A DNA stretch of 64,000 bases from Candidatus Daviesbacteria bacterium (GCA_016184225.1 JACPDA010000004.1:279927-343926); one strand, 5' to 3'. Positions 1 to 9,098 are shown, counted from the first letter of the stretch. The notes: generated by a model not told the origin, from the sequence alone. Numbers and translations: made by a program.

Positions 1-894
1 ATTTTTGTTTCCGCATTGTCCCCAATAGTCAATTTTTTTGTCAAATTAAAATTACCAAAAGTTTTAAGTATTGCGCTGACATACATTATTATAATATCTG
101 TTTTAACAGGGTTTCTGGTTATGATTATACCTCCATTAGTGGAGCAGAGTAATAGGTTGATAGTTGCATCTCCGCCACTGATCACCCAGTTTTTTAATGT
201 TATCAATATCGATAAATCTCTTTTATCTTCAGAACTAACCGCCCTTTCGAAAAACCTATTTTCGATCACTTTATCTGTATTTGATAATCTATTGGCAATA
301 GTATTTTTGTTAGTCATAACTTTTTATATGCTATTGGAAAAAAATAATCTGGAAAGCCGCATCGCATCATTATTTAGAGATGAACAAGGTTCTTCTGCGA
401 ATGAACGAAGTTCTTCTGCGAATAAAGCAGAGAGAGTCAGAAGGTCTATTATAAAGATAGAGGAAAAATTAGGGGCATGGTTACAAGGTCAGTTAATCTT
501 GAGTCTACTTGTAGGTATTATGTCATATATCGGCCTTACTATCTTAAATGTTCCGTATGCCCTGCCGCTTGCCCTGATAGCGGGGGTAATGGAAGTGGTA
601 CCCGTAATAGGCCCGATAATCTCTGCTATCCCGGCCATTTTTATCGCATTAACAATTTCTCCTTTGTTGAGTGTTATGGTTGCCGCTATGTATCTTATTA
701 TTCAGCAACTGGAAAATAGCTTGATAGTCCCTCAAGTGATGAAACGTGCGGTTGGTTTAAATCCCCTAATCGTCATTTTGGCAATTGCCATAGGCAGCAG
801 ACTCTTGGGTATATCAGGTGCACTGTTGGCAGTCCCCATAGCAGTGGTGTTTCAAATTATAGCAGCAGAGATAATTGAAGGAAGAAAGAGTTAG
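1..894 (+). CDS. AI-2E family transporter (PerM/YdiK/TqsA-like permease); N-terminus runs off window start
   Basis: Frame is open back to position 1 (no stop upstream of the M at 16). Multi-TM hydrophobic profile; C-terminal region (…GLNPLIVILAIAIGSRLLGISGALLAVPIAVV…) is typical of AI-2E permeases. Confidence 0.75.
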   Translation: MFVSALSPIVNFFVKLKLPKVLSIALTYIIIISVLTGFLVMIIPPLVEQSNRLIVASPPLITQFFNVINIDKSLLSSELTALSKNLFSITLSVFDNLLAIVFLLVITFYMLLEKNNLESRIASLFRDEQGSSANERSSSANKAERVRRSIIKIEEKLGAWLQGQLILSLLVGIMSYIGLTILNVPYALPLALIAGVMEVVPVIGPIISAIPAIFIALTISPLLSVMVAAMYLIIQQLENSLIVPQVMKRAVGLNPLIVILAIAIGSRLLGISGALLAVPIAVVFQIIAAEIIEGRKS

Positions 895-908
895 TTGTAT
901 AATATACA

Positions 909-1250
909 GGCCTAGGAAGAAGGATGATCGCCCGCGCAAATTTCACAAGAAATTTGAACGGGAGGAAAGTCCAGACAGCATAAAGCAGGGTGCCCGCCGT
1001 AAGGCGAGGAGCCGCAAGGCCTAGTTAGAGCAACAGTGACGAACCGAGGTAATGCTCGGGTGAAACGTGGCAATCCTCCCCGCTGCAATCCTAGAACCGA
1101 CAAAGCTGCTTGCTTACTTGTCGAAATCAGGAGCATTAGATAAATGATCGTCTAAAAACAGAATCTGGCTTTAGATAGTTACACGCGCAAGCGGAACTAT
1201 CGCAAGACAGATCTGTGAAACAGAATCTGGCTTACTAGCTTCCTAGGCAC
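909..1250 (+). ncRNA. rnpB: RNase P RNA (bacterial type A-like), ~340 nt
   Basis: Universal P4 5' strand GGGAGGAAAGTCCAGAC (961-977). Matching P4 3' strand ACAGAATCTGGCTTA (1220-1234). P3-like hairpin CAAATTTC/GAAATTTG. GGTGAAACG motif. Terminal P1 helix GCCTAGGAAG (910-919) pairs perfectly with CTTCCTAGGC (1239-1248). No credible CDS here. Confidence 0.8.
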
Positions 1251-1269
1251 CAAATTTATCATTCCAATT

Positions 1270-2295
1270 ATGAGTTTATCAAAATCTGAAGAGAAAATAT
1301 TGGAATCGATAAAGATAGCTTCTGAAAACAATCCTCTAAAACCAGAATTTCCACCCGATAACCCGAAGTTTCCGGCCACACCCACTTTTGCAATTCAGGT
1401 TCCGGGTTTTACCAATGTTTGGTTAAAAGACGAAAGCGTTAACCCAACTGGTACTCATAAGGATCGTATGGCTTGGGAGATGGTAGTGACATACCGTGAT
1501 TTTCTGATGGCCAAAAAGAGAGGACAAATTACAGCTTCACTGCCCCAGCTTTCAATAATTTCTTCCGGTTCAGCCGCAATCGCGATTCAGACCATGCTAA
1601 AAAAATACCATTTACCTAATCTTAAAGTACTCATTGATGTCGATATGGATCCTCGTCTAGAAGAAATTTTAAAGAACCTTGGTTGTGAGATTTTTGTGAC
1701 AGATCTTGCTAAAAAGCCTTTCAGCTGGAAAGAAATTTTAATTTTAACTCATAACCCGGACGGGTTTGATATTACTTCAAATGAGGCGCTGGATCCCACG
1801 ACCAGATTTTATGATTGGATGAGTTATGAGATTACTAACACTAGTCCTGACTATGTTTTTATCCCCTTTGGGACAGGTAACCTATATGAAAATATCTTAA
1901 ATATTACTAAAAAAGAAGTAACAACCGAAAATCATGACCCACGTTTTAAGGGAGATGTTGAAAAATTAAAACAATGCAGCTTTTTGGGTGCTACTACTAA
2001 TAACCCTAAGTCTAAAGCTGACAAGCTTTATTCTCCTCATTTACCGTTTGTACACTTTGACGAACAATGGATTCGCTTTTACAGGTATGGGGGTTATTGT
2101 GGCCCTAAATCAGATGTTAAACTGATTAAAGAAGAATATATAGATGAAGCAATTCAGTTGGCCAGACAACAAAATATTAACTGTGAACCATCCGGGATCG
2201 CTGGTTTGGCATTGATGTTGCAAATGAAGCAGGAATTGCCCTCTAAAAGTAAAATTTTAATCGTTAATACCGGTAAAACCAAATTACCCAAGTAA
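1270..2295 (+). CDS. PLP-dependent fold-type II enzyme (threonine synthase / cysteine synthase-like)
   Basis: Motif LKDESVNPTGTHKDR matches the PLP-lysine signature (KxExxNPTGSFKDR) of ThrC/TrpB-family enzymes, with an unusual S-F to T-H substitution. 341 aa. Starts 20 nt after rnpB. Confidence 0.7.
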   Translation: MSLSKSEEKILESIKIASENNPLKPEFPPDNPKFPATPTFAIQVPGFTNVWLKDESVNPTGTHKDRMAWEMVVTYRDFLMAKKRGQITASLPQLSIISSGSAAIAIQTMLKKYHLPNLKVLIDVDMDPRLEEILKNLGCEIFVTDLAKKPFSWKEILILTHNPDGFDITSNEALDPTTRFYDWMSYEITNTSPDYVFIPFGTGNLYENILNITKKEVTTENHDPRFKGDVEKLKQCSFLGATTNNPKSKADKLYSPHLPFVHFDEQWIRFYRYGGYCGPKSDVKLIKEEYIDEAIQLARQQNINCEPSGIAGLALMLQMKQELPSKSKILIVNTGKTKLPK

Positions 2296-2311
2296 CAAAT
2301 CTCATAATCTT

Positions 2312-2320
2312 TGATATACT
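2312..2320 (+). promoter_or_regulatory. extended -10 element TGaTATACT, 8 nt upstream of comM ATG (leaderless-type promoter)
   Basis: TGnTATACT matches the extended -10 consensus; distance to ATG is too short for an SD. Confidence 0.4.
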
Positions 2321-2328
2321 GGTTTTAG

Positions 2329-3861
2329 ATGCTTGCGAAGATAATTTCCGGTGCAAATATAGGACTGGATGCTGCCATAGTCACTTGCGAAGTGGACATA
2401 GCCATGCGGGGTTTACCCAGTTTTACCATAGTGGGGTTAGGTGATCGGGCAGTTGAAGAAAGTAAAGAGCGGGTGCGGGCGGCATTCAGGAATTCCGGCT
2501 GTGAGTTTCCCCTTCATAAAATCACTGTTAATTTAGCTCCGGCTGACATGCCAAAAGAAGGCCCGGCATATGACCTGCCTATTGCTTTGGGTTTGCTTTT
2601 AGCATCAGGTCAAATAAGTTCTAATTTAGGAAAACTAGATATCTCTAACACTTTAATTGTAGGAGAGTTATCATTGGACGGAGGTTTAAGAAAAATTAAT
2701 GGAGTGTTACCTTTGGCGATCTTGGCTAAACAGCGTGGCATAAAAAAGATGGTAGTGCCAAAAGAAAACGGACAAGAGGCGGCAATAATTGAGGGCTTAG
2801 AAGTTTTAGCCCCGGAGTCTTTGCAACAGTTGGTAAGGGTTCTACTTGGACAGGAAGATTTGGAATTTGTACAAAGGCCGATTTTAAATTTGGAAGATAG
2901 TTTAACTTACGAATATGATTTTTCTCAGATTAAGGGACAAGAAAGTGCAAAAAGAGCTTTGGAGGTTTCAGCGGCAGGCGGCCATAATATTTTACTAAAA
3001 GGGCCGCCGGGAGCGGGTAAAACTATGCTGGCCCGGACTTTTTCATCAATCTTGCCGCCCTTAACTTTTGATGAAGCACTAGAAGTAACAAAGATTTATT
3101 CTATAGCAGGACTTTTAGAAAATAATAAGTCTTTGGTAACCAGTCGACCATTCAGGTCGCCTCATCATAGCGCTTCATACGTGGGGTTACTTGGTGGAGG
3201 AAACTCTATTCGTCCCGGCGAAATTTCCCTGGCACACAGAGGTGTTTTATTTTTGGATGAGGTGGCAGAGTTTCCCCGCCAGAGTTTGGAAAGTTTAAGG
3301 CAGCCTCTGGAAGATCACCATATTACCATCTCCCGAGCCTCAGGATCAATCAATTTACCTGCACAGTTTATTCTGTTTGCTGCACAAAACCCCTGTCCTT
3401 GCGGGTTTTTAGGAGACAGAAAAAGGAACTGTACTTGTATGCCCGGGCAAATTGCCAAATATAAAAGAAGGATTTCAGGTCCCTTTTTGGATAGGGTAGA
3501 CATTTATCTGGAAGTGCCGCCTGTGGAGGTGGACAAGTTATCTGCTGATTTGAAAACGGAAAGTTCTTCCGAGATTAGGAAGAAAGTTGCTGCAGCAAGG
3601 AAAATCCAGCAAGAGCGGTTCAAAGGAAGAATTTTAACTAATTCCGAGATGAATAATAAAGATATAAAGGAACACTGCATACTTACACAGGAAGGTTTGG
3701 ATCTTTTAAAAATGGCCGTATCTTCACTTAATCTCTCTGCCCGGGGTTACCATCGGGTACTTAAATTATCAAGAACAATTGCAGATTTGGCAGGGGCAGC
3801 AAATATTCAAGCAGAACACATAGCTGAAGCCTTGCAATATCGATCCAGAGAGGATGTTTAG
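2329..3861 (+). CDS. comM: YifB/ComM family Mg-chelatase-like AAA+ ATPase
   Basis: N-terminal Lon-protease-like S5 domain. Walker A GPPGAGKT. Length 510 aa. C-terminal …HRVLKLSRTIADLAG… typical of ComM/YifB. Confidence 0.9.
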   Translation: MLAKIISGANIGLDAAIVTCEVDIAMRGLPSFTIVGLGDRAVEESKERVRAAFRNSGCEFPLHKITVNLAPADMPKEGPAYDLPIALGLLLASGQISSNLGKLDISNTLIVGELSLDGGLRKINGVLPLAILAKQRGIKKMVVPKENGQEAAIIEGLEVLAPESLQQLVRVLLGQEDLEFVQRPILNLEDSLTYEYDFSQIKGQESAKRALEVSAAGGHNILLKGPPGAGKTMLARTFSSILPPLTFDEALEVTKIYSIAGLLENNKSLVTSRPFRSPHHSASYVGLLGGGNSIRPGEISLAHRGVLFLDEVAEFPRQSLESLRQPLEDHHITISRASGSINLPAQFILFAAQNPCPCGFLGDRKRNCTCMPGQIAKYKRRISGPFLDRVDIYLEVPPVEVDKLSADLKTESSSEIRKKVAAARKIQQERFKGRILTNSEMNNKDIKEHCILTQEGLDLLKMAVSSLNLSARGYHRVLKLSRTIADLAGAANIQAEHIAEALQYRSREDV

Positions 3862-3964
3862 ATCGTACAAAAAATCCCACTTCGCCATGGACCATTCGGT
3901 ACAGGGTTTCGTGGGATTTTTCGAAATGGTGAATCCTTCGACTACGCTCAGGATTTCACTCTTT

Positions 3965-4105
3965 TTAGCCACCAATTCTAAACATAGAAGTACCGCAAAC
4001 TGGACAAGTACCTTTGGAGGCTTTCTTACCATTTTTCATAGTAACTTCTTGTACATTTTGTGCATCTCTTTTTTGGCGACACTTAACACAATACATTTGT
4101 GCCAT
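3965..4105 (-). CDS. small zinc-ribbon protein (46 aa, CxxC…CxxC), not in the supplied ORF track
   Basis: Minus-strand ORF MAQMYCVKCRQKRDAQNVQEVTMKNGKKASKGTCPVCGTSMFRIGG. Strong SD AGGGGGTGA sits 8 nt upstream of the ATG. Two CxxC pairs. It explains the region better than the overlapping longer low-complexity ORFs. Confidence 0.65.
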   Translation of the reverse strand: MAQMYCVKCRQKRDAQNVQEVTMKNGKKASKGTCPVCGTSMFRIGG

Positions 4106-4125
4106 AATTTAAACTCACCCCCTTT

Positions 4126-4437
4126 CTAGAAAAGATTCAAATTTAAGATATTGTTTTTCAAGAGAAAATACAAAATAATTTGGCTTCCTATTGCCAGTGA
4201 TGAAAGGGTGGCGATCTTTAATAAATCCTGGTGAAGATAGGTTAAATCAGATGAAATCAGTGTATCGGTAGGTCGGTGTACCGGTATTTCAGTGTGCTGG
4301 TAGGTCAGCGTATCAGAGTATTGACTCTTTGACTCTTTGACTCTTTGACTCTGGATATCCTTACCGTAGACTTGCCTGCGGAGCAACTGTAGGCGTTTTT
4401 CCAGATCTGATTGTCTTTTGGTCTGTTGGATAGCCAT
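4126..4437 (-). CDS. hypothetical protein (103 aa); coding status uncertain; contains tandem octamer repeat
   Basis: ORF with a plausible N-terminus (MAIQQTKRQSDLEKRLQLLRRQVYGK). The middle overlaps (TTGACTCT)x4 and other direct repeats, and the C-terminus is low complexity. No homology recognised. Confidence 0.3.
   Translation of the reverse strand: MAIQQTKRQSDLEKRLQLLRRQVYGKDIQSQRVKESKSQYSDTLTYQHTEIPVHRPTDTLISSDLTYLHQDLLKIATLSSLAIGSQIILYFLLKNNILNLNLF
4320..4351. repeat. tandem repeat (TTGACTCT)x4
   Basis: Four perfect head-to-tail 8-mers. Flanked by the imperfect direct repeats GGTAGGTCGGTGTA / GGTAGGTCAGCGTA. Confidence 0.9.
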
Positions 4438-4540
4438 ACTTGAATTGAATTCTTACGCTCAGTTGAGCCTAGCACGATCAGGTGAGCCTGTCAAGCACCA
4501 ACTGAACCTAAAATTATAGGTTATCATGCAGAAAACGGGG

Positions 4541-4569
4541 TTGACAAGATTTTTGTCATAAAGTATATT
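4541..4569 (+). promoter_or_regulatory. sigma70-type promoter TTGACA-17-TATATT for the DUF4446/DUF3048 operon
   Basis: Consensus -35 TTGACA (4541-4546), 17-nt spacer, -10 TATATT (4564-4569), 13 nt upstream of ATG 4583. Confidence 0.6.
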
Positions 4570-4582
4570 GAAAGAGTAACTT

Positions 4583-5050
4583 ATGTATTCGGATTGGGTT
4601 GGTCCGGCTATTGCCGGATTTTTGGCAGTTTGGCTTTTGGTTTTGAGTTTTCTAATTTGGCAGCAAAATAAATTCTTACGGTTGCTTTTTCCCAAATCAG
4701 GAGAAAGAGACATCAGAAAAAAATTTGAAGAAGTTATAAAGGCTGTTGAAGAATTTAAGGGTGGGTTGTCTGAGCTGGAAAATAAACTGAGGGCGATCAA
4801 GGATCAGGGTTTGGATCATATACAAAGGGTGGAGCTTGTACGTTTCAATCCTTATGATGATACAGGAGGAAACATAAGTTTTACGGCTTGTTTTCTGGAT
4901 AATGGCGGCTCGGGGGTGGTCATCACTAGTTTGCATGCAAGGTCAGGAACCAGGGTATTTGGCAAGGAAATAATTTCCGGAAAAAGCAAAAAGTATCAGT
5001 TATCAAAAGAAGAAGAATTGGTGATCAAAAAGGCAATGACAGAAAATTGA
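4583..5050 (+). CDS. DUF4446-like membrane-anchored protein
   Basis: N-terminal TM helix. Conserved core …RFNPYDDTGGNISFTACFLDNGGSGVVITSLHARSGTRVF… resembles the DUF4446 family. Stop overlaps the next gene's start. Confidence 0.55.
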   Translation: MYSDWVGPAIAGFLAVWLLVLSFLIWQQNKFLRLLFPKSGERDIRKKFEEVIKAVEEFKGGLSELENKLRAIKDQGLDHIQRVELVRFNPYDDTGGNISFTACFLDNGGSGVVITSLHARSGTRVFGKEIISGKSKKYQLSKEEELVIKKAMTEN

Positions 5051-6225
5051 TGAAAAAAATAACAGAAATATTTCAACGTTTAACTAATATACAGAAGGCT
5101 TTAAGTTTAATTATATTAGGGATAGTTTTATATGTGGTCTCCATAAGCCTATCTTATTCTTTGTTCAGTCGGTTTGGTCCAGCCTCTTTTGGTACAGAAG
5201 ATTTAACCACACTGCCTACCCCCAGTAATGCATTTATTGAAGATCCAAAAGAACCAAAGGTAGCGGATTGTCCATTAAACGGTAGTAAGCATACTAAAAA
5301 AGCCCAAGATTTCTGGAGTGAAAGAAGGCCGCTGGCCGTAATGATTGAAAATCACACAGAGGCAAGGCCGCAATCAGGGTTAAGTTCATCAGATATAGTC
5401 TATGAAGCAGTTGCAGAAGGTGGAATTACCCGGTTTATGGCACTTTTTTACTGTAATCTTTCAGATGCTCAAGTGGGACCTGTGAGATCTGCCAGAACTT
5501 ACTATTTAGATTGGTTGGGGGAGTATGATGCCCTTTATGCCCATGTTGGAGGGGCTAATACGCCTGGTCCCGCTGATGCGCTGTCGCAGATTATAAAATA
5601 TTCTGTTAAGGATCTGAACCAATTTAGTATCGGATTTCCTATCTTTTGGAGGGATTATCAAAGGTTAGATCATCCTGTTGCTACAGAGCACACGATGTAT
5701 TCCACAACTCAAAAACTTTGGGAAGTAGGAGCAAAACGCGGCTTCACGGCCACTGATTCGGCAGGACTGCGCTGGGATGATGATTTTACTCCTTGGAAGT
5801 TCAAAGAAGATCAGGGTGGGGGTACTACCAGTAAAATTACAGTCAATTTTTGGGGTTCACAACCCGGATATCAGGTGGAATGGAATTATGATTCTGAGGC
5901 AAACTTATACAAAAGGAGAAACGGTGAACCGCATATGGATCTAAACAATAATCAGCAACTTGAAGCCAAAGTAGTTATAGTTCAATTTCAAAGGGAATCA
6001 AATGCCAATGACGGTTATCCCGGGAATGTGCACCTTTTGTACGGGACGATCGGTTCGGGTAAGGCCTTAATTTTTCAAGACGGCAATGTGGTAGAGGGTA
6101 AATGGATTAAAGCGTCCAGACTTTCCAGAAGTAAGTATGTAGATGCAAGTGGTAGAGAAGTAGAATTTAACAGAGGACAAATTTGGATTCAAACTGTACC
6201 GGAAGGATCAAAGGTAAGTTATTAA
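5050..6225 (+). CDS. DUF3048 (YerB-like) exported/lipoprotein-type protein
   Basis: Signal-anchor N-terminus. Central block RPLAVMIENHTEARPQSGLSSSDIVYEAVAEGGITRFMALF is the DUF3048 signature. The track start is a TTG at 5047; ATG at 5050 preferred. Confidence 0.7.
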   Translation: MKKITEIFQRLTNIQKALSLIILGIVLYVVSISLSYSLFSRFGPASFGTEDLTTLPTPSNAFIEDPKEPKVADCPLNGSKHTKKAQDFWSERRPLAVMIENHTEARPQSGLSSSDIVYEAVAEGGITRFMALFYCNLSDAQVGPVRSARTYYLDWLGEYDALYAHVGGANTPGPADALSQIIKYSVKDLNQFSIGFPIFWRDYQRLDHPVATEHTMYSTTQKLWEVGAKRGFTATDSAGLRWDDDFTPWKFKEDQGGGTTSKITVNFWGSQPGYQVEWNYDSEANLYKRRNGEPHMDLNNNQQLEAKVVIVQFQRESNANDGYPGNVHLLYGTIGSGKALIFQDGNVVEGKWIKASRLSRSKYVDASGREVEFNRGQIWIQTVPEGSKVSY

Positions 6226-6242
6226 TTCCGATTTAATCGGAA
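6226..6242. repeat. perfect palindrome TTCCGATT-T-AATCGGAA immediately after the DUF3048 stop
   Basis: 8-bp arms. Shares the core CCGATTTAATCGG with the hairpin inserted in the repeat element at 42957-43004. Confidence 0.7.
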
Positions 6243-6267
6243 CTTTCTGCCCGGAAAGGAGGTTAAA

Positions 6268-6858
6268 ATGCTTGAGGAACTTTTTGTCTCAAGAGTCCGG
6301 GTAAAAATACTGCAACTTTTTTTATCTAACCCACAAGAGTCGCTTTTTCATGTCCGTGAGATAGTACGTAGGGTTTCCGAAGAGATTAATGCCGTTCGTA
6401 GAGAACTGGCAAGGATGGAAAAGTTCGGGATGGTTTCGTCAGAATGGAGAGCAAACCGTAGACTCTATCGTTTTCGCAAGGATTACACCTATTACCGGGA
6501 GCTTTTGAGTTTAGTGACTAAATCAACCGGATTGGGTGGGGCAATACTCAAAAATAAAGGTAAATTGGGAAGGATTAAATATGCCATGGTGGCTACCCGC
6601 TATTTTAAACATGAGTCCTCAGAGGGCGGAGATGTTGATTTGTTGGTAGTAGGTCAGATAGTCTTGCCGGAACTGCAGGCTATTATTGCCGACGAACAAG
6701 CCAAAAGAGAGACGGAGATTAACTACTCTTTTATGGATGAGGCGGAATTTCAATTCAGGGTTAAAAGACGAGATCCGTTTATCTTGCGAGTGATTACCCA
6801 ACCTAAAATAATGCTGCTTGGGGATGAGGAAGATTTGCTGTCCGGTGTAGTAATATAA
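6268..6858 (+). CDS. winged-helix transcriptional regulator with C-terminal nucleotidyltransferase-like region (hypothetical)
   Basis: N-terminal wHTH-like segment (RVKILQLFLSNPQESLFHVREIVRRVSEEINAVRRELARMEKFGMV). SD AAGGAGG upstream. Confidence 0.5.
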   Translation: MLEELFVSRVRVKILQLFLSNPQESLFHVREIVRRVSEEINAVRRELARMEKFGMVSSEWRANRRLYRFRKDYTYYRELLSLVTKSTGLGGAILKNKGKLGRIKYAMVATRYFKHESSEGGDVDLLVVGQIVLPELQAIIADEQAKRETEINYSFMDEAEFQFRVKRRDPFILRVITQPKIMLLGDEEDLLSGVVI

Positions 6859-6882
6859 ACTTTTCTTGGGTATAATTTTCTA

Positions 6883-8196
6883 ATGCGGCCGAGAGTGGTT
6901 TTGTGGACAGTTTTATTTTTAACAATCCTGGCGCTGTGGATTGATATCCCTTCATTTCAACAAATGCCTGCTTTGAAAATTCTTGATAAAAGGGTTGAGA
7001 TTTTTGGTGTTTTGCCTCTAAAGCTTGGTCTTGATCTGCAAGGGGGTACCCAGCTTGTTTTGGAAACCCAGATGGAAAAGATCGCCTCTGACAATAGAGA
7101 CAGCGCTTTGGAATCGGCTAAGCAAGTGTTGGAAAAAAGAGTTAATTTATACGGGATTTCTGAAGCAGTGGTGCAATCTTCTAAAGTAGGGAGCCAGAGA
7201 AGAATATTGATTGAGCTGCCAGGACTAAAAAATGCATCGGATGCAGCTAATTTAGTTGGTAAGACTGCACAGCTTGATTTTAGGGAGATGGTGGGAACCC
7301 CCTCGGCAGAAGCTACAGAATCTGCCAGCGCTCTTATTGAAACTTTTAAGCCGACTGGTTTAACAGGGGCAGATTTAAAAAAAGCACAGGTAACTTTTGG
7401 CTCGGGACAAGGAGGCAGATCAGGGCCACAGGTATCAATTGAATTTACTCCGAAGGGGGCAGAGAAATTTGCCGAGATTACAAAAAGAAATGTTGATAAA
7501 CCTTTAGGTATGTTTTTAGACGGGATACCGATTAGTTGGCCGCCTCCGGTGGTCCAACAGGAGATTGTTGGTGGGAATGCCGTAATCACTGGACAATTCA
7601 CCACTGAAGAAGCAAAGAATTTGGCTATACAATTAAATGCCGGAGCATTACCAGTTCCAATTAAGATTATCGAACAAAGGTCTATCGGACCGACACTCGG
7701 GGCTGAATCCATAAATAAAAGTTTAATCGCAGGAATTATTGGTATTCTGATAGTAGCGTTATTCATGTGGGCTTATTATGGTTTCTTGGGGCTAATTGCA
7801 GACGGAGCTTTAGCGATCTACACGCTTTTAGTATTGGCGGTTTTCAAAACCGGGCTTTTTATTTTGCCTCCGGTAACTCTCACTTTGGCAGGAATAGCCG
7901 GGTTTATATTATCAATTGGCATGGCGGTTGATGCCAATATTTTAATTTTTGAGAGAATGAAGGAAGAAATCCGTTGGGGCAAAACTAAGACTTTGGCTTT
8001 GGAATTGGGATTTAAAAGAGCGTGGTCTTCTATCTGGGCTTCTAATGTTTCTTCTCTGATGACCGCCGCTATTTTATTCGGCATGGGAACCTCTTTAATA
8101 AAGGGTTTTGCTATAACTTTGGCAATTGGGGTATTAGTTTCAATGCTTACGGCCGTTGTTGTAACAAGAACATTTCTGAGGTTATTCATTAGATGA
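6883..8196 (+). CDS. secD: protein-export membrane protein SecD
   Basis: N-terminal TM, large periplasmic domain, C-terminal 6-TM SecD/SecF core (…LGPTLGAESINKSLIAGIIGILIVALFM…). A -10 TATAAT sits 6 nt upstream of the ATG (leaderless). Confidence 0.9.
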   Translation: MRPRVVLWTVLFLTILALWIDIPSFQQMPALKILDKRVEIFGVLPLKLGLDLQGGTQLVLETQMEKIASDNRDSALESAKQVLEKRVNLYGISEAVVQSSKVGSQRRILIELPGLKNASDAANLVGKTAQLDFREMVGTPSAEATESASALIETFKPTGLTGADLKKAQVTFGSGQGGRSGPQVSIEFTPKGAEKFAEITKRNVDKPLGMFLDGIPISWPPPVVQQEIVGGNAVITGQFTTEEAKNLAIQLNAGALPVPIKIIEQRSIGPTLGAESINKSLIAGIIGILIVALFMWAYYGFLGLIADGALAIYTLLVLAVFKTGLFILPPVTLTLAGIAGFILSIGMAVDANILIFERMKEEIRWGKTKTLALELGFKRAWSSIWASNVSSLMTAAILFGMGTSLIKGFAITLAIGVLVSMLTAVVVTRTFLRLFIR

Positions 8197-9098
8197 AATT
8201 TATTGGTAGAAAACCGCATTATGAATATTTAAAGAATAAATGGATGCTCCGCCAGAGTGCTATCCAAAATAAATTTTGGGAAAATCATGGAGATTCACTT
8301 AAGCATTTGGCAATAGGATCCCTAGGAGGATTAATGTTGTTTTCAAGCTCTCATCAGCAACAACTGTCAGCTCCAAATTTAATTGTCAGCCGTGACGGAA
8401 TCCTTAAAGGCTACGATCAGAATGTATTACTCGCCCAGGTTTTATCGGAAAAAGTGCCCAAGGAAATAAGACCGCTGGATCCTTTAGAAGAGAAAGATAT
8501 AATCAATATATTATCTAAAAATTTTGGCTTTAAGGTGACAGCAGAAAAAGATAATATAAAGCTGAATAGAAATTATGGTTTAATTGGAGGGGAGCAGCAT
8601 TTATATCGCTACCCTGGTGATAACTTATATGCCCATGCAGATACCACTTCGGATTATGCAAATTATGGGGGAGCCGGAATTGCGCCGGGACTGGGGGCCT
8701 GGGGTTATTTTGCGTCTTCCAAAGAGGATTTCAGCGATAAGGATAGACAAAGAGAGCGTTATTACTTGGCAATCCAGACATTTTTAGCACCGGGTTTTGC
8801 CGAGAATTTTAAAGAATATAGGGATTTTTTTAAGTACAGAAAGATGCTGGTTATTAATCCTAAAACAGGACAGGCGGTTGTGGCAGTCATTGGCGATGCG
8901 GGGCCGGCCGAATGGACAGGTAAACATTTGGGCGGATCACCTGAAGTAATGGATATGGTGGGTCTTGCTACGGGTCCAAGAAAGGGCCCGGTGCTATACT
9001 TTTTTATAGATGACCCGGAGGATAAAGTTCCTTTGGGTCCGGTTAAAGTGACGAGCATAGCGAGTCATCCTGAGCGAAGCGAAGGATCTATATTATGA
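8193..9098 (+). CDS. hypothetical membrane-anchored protein inserted between secD and secF; C-terminal RlpA/DPBB-like motif
   Basis: Start overlaps the secD stop (ATGA). One TM near the N-terminus. C-terminal MLVINPKTGQAVVAVIGDAGPAE…SPEVMDMVGL resembles the RlpA-type double-psi beta-barrel. The 3' end contains one copy of the GTCAT…GGATC hairpin repeat. Confidence 0.45.
   Translation: MKFIGRKPHYEYLKNKWMLRQSAIQNKFWENHGDSLKHLAIGSLGGLMLFSSSHQQQLSAPNLIVSRDGILKGYDQNVLLAQVLSEKVPKEIRPLDPLEEKDIINILSKNFGFKVTAEKDNIKLNRNYGLIGGEQHLYRYPGDNLYAHADTTSDYANYGGAGIAPGLGAWGYFASSKEDFSDKDRQRERYYLAIQTFLAPGFAENFKEYRDFFKYRKMLVINPKTGQAVVAVIGDAGPAEWTGKHLGGSPEVMDMVGLATGPRKGPVLYFFIDDPEDKVPLGPVKVTSIASHPERSEGSIL
9064..9088 (+). 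repeat. hairpin repeat family copy 1 (GTCATCCTGAGCGAAGCGAAGGATC), inside CDS 3' end
   Basis: Stem ATCCT/AGGAT around the conserved GAGCGAAGCGA. See the other copies at 24238, 42957 and 56188. Confidence 0.7.

Noticed and set aside
1155-1234. Two copies of AAACAGAATCTGGCTT 64 nt apart, first read as regulatory direct repeats upstream of the PLP gene
   Set aside because: Both lie inside rnpB. The second is the P4 3' strand (ACAGAAYCYGGCUUA). The first aligns with the P18 region. The terminal P1 helix closes at 1239-1248, so these are RNA structure, not operator sites.
912-1385. Track ORFs 912-1136(-) and 1197-1385(-)
   Set aside because: They lie inside or antisense to the RNase P RNA. They have no RBS and Cys/Pro-rich low-complexity translations. 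The RNA gene explains the conservation-like features.
3769-4129. Track ORFs 3854-4129(+) and 3769-4032(-)
   Set aside because: Low-complexity translations without RBS. The region is better explained by the SD-equipped 46-aa zinc-ribbon gene on the minus strand.
6957-7766. 269-aa antisense ORF inside secD (and similar antisense ORFs inside hppA, nrdJ, copA, lon)
   Set aside because: Antisense to strongly supported genes. They have Pro/Ala/Ser-rich compositions typical of shadow ORFs.
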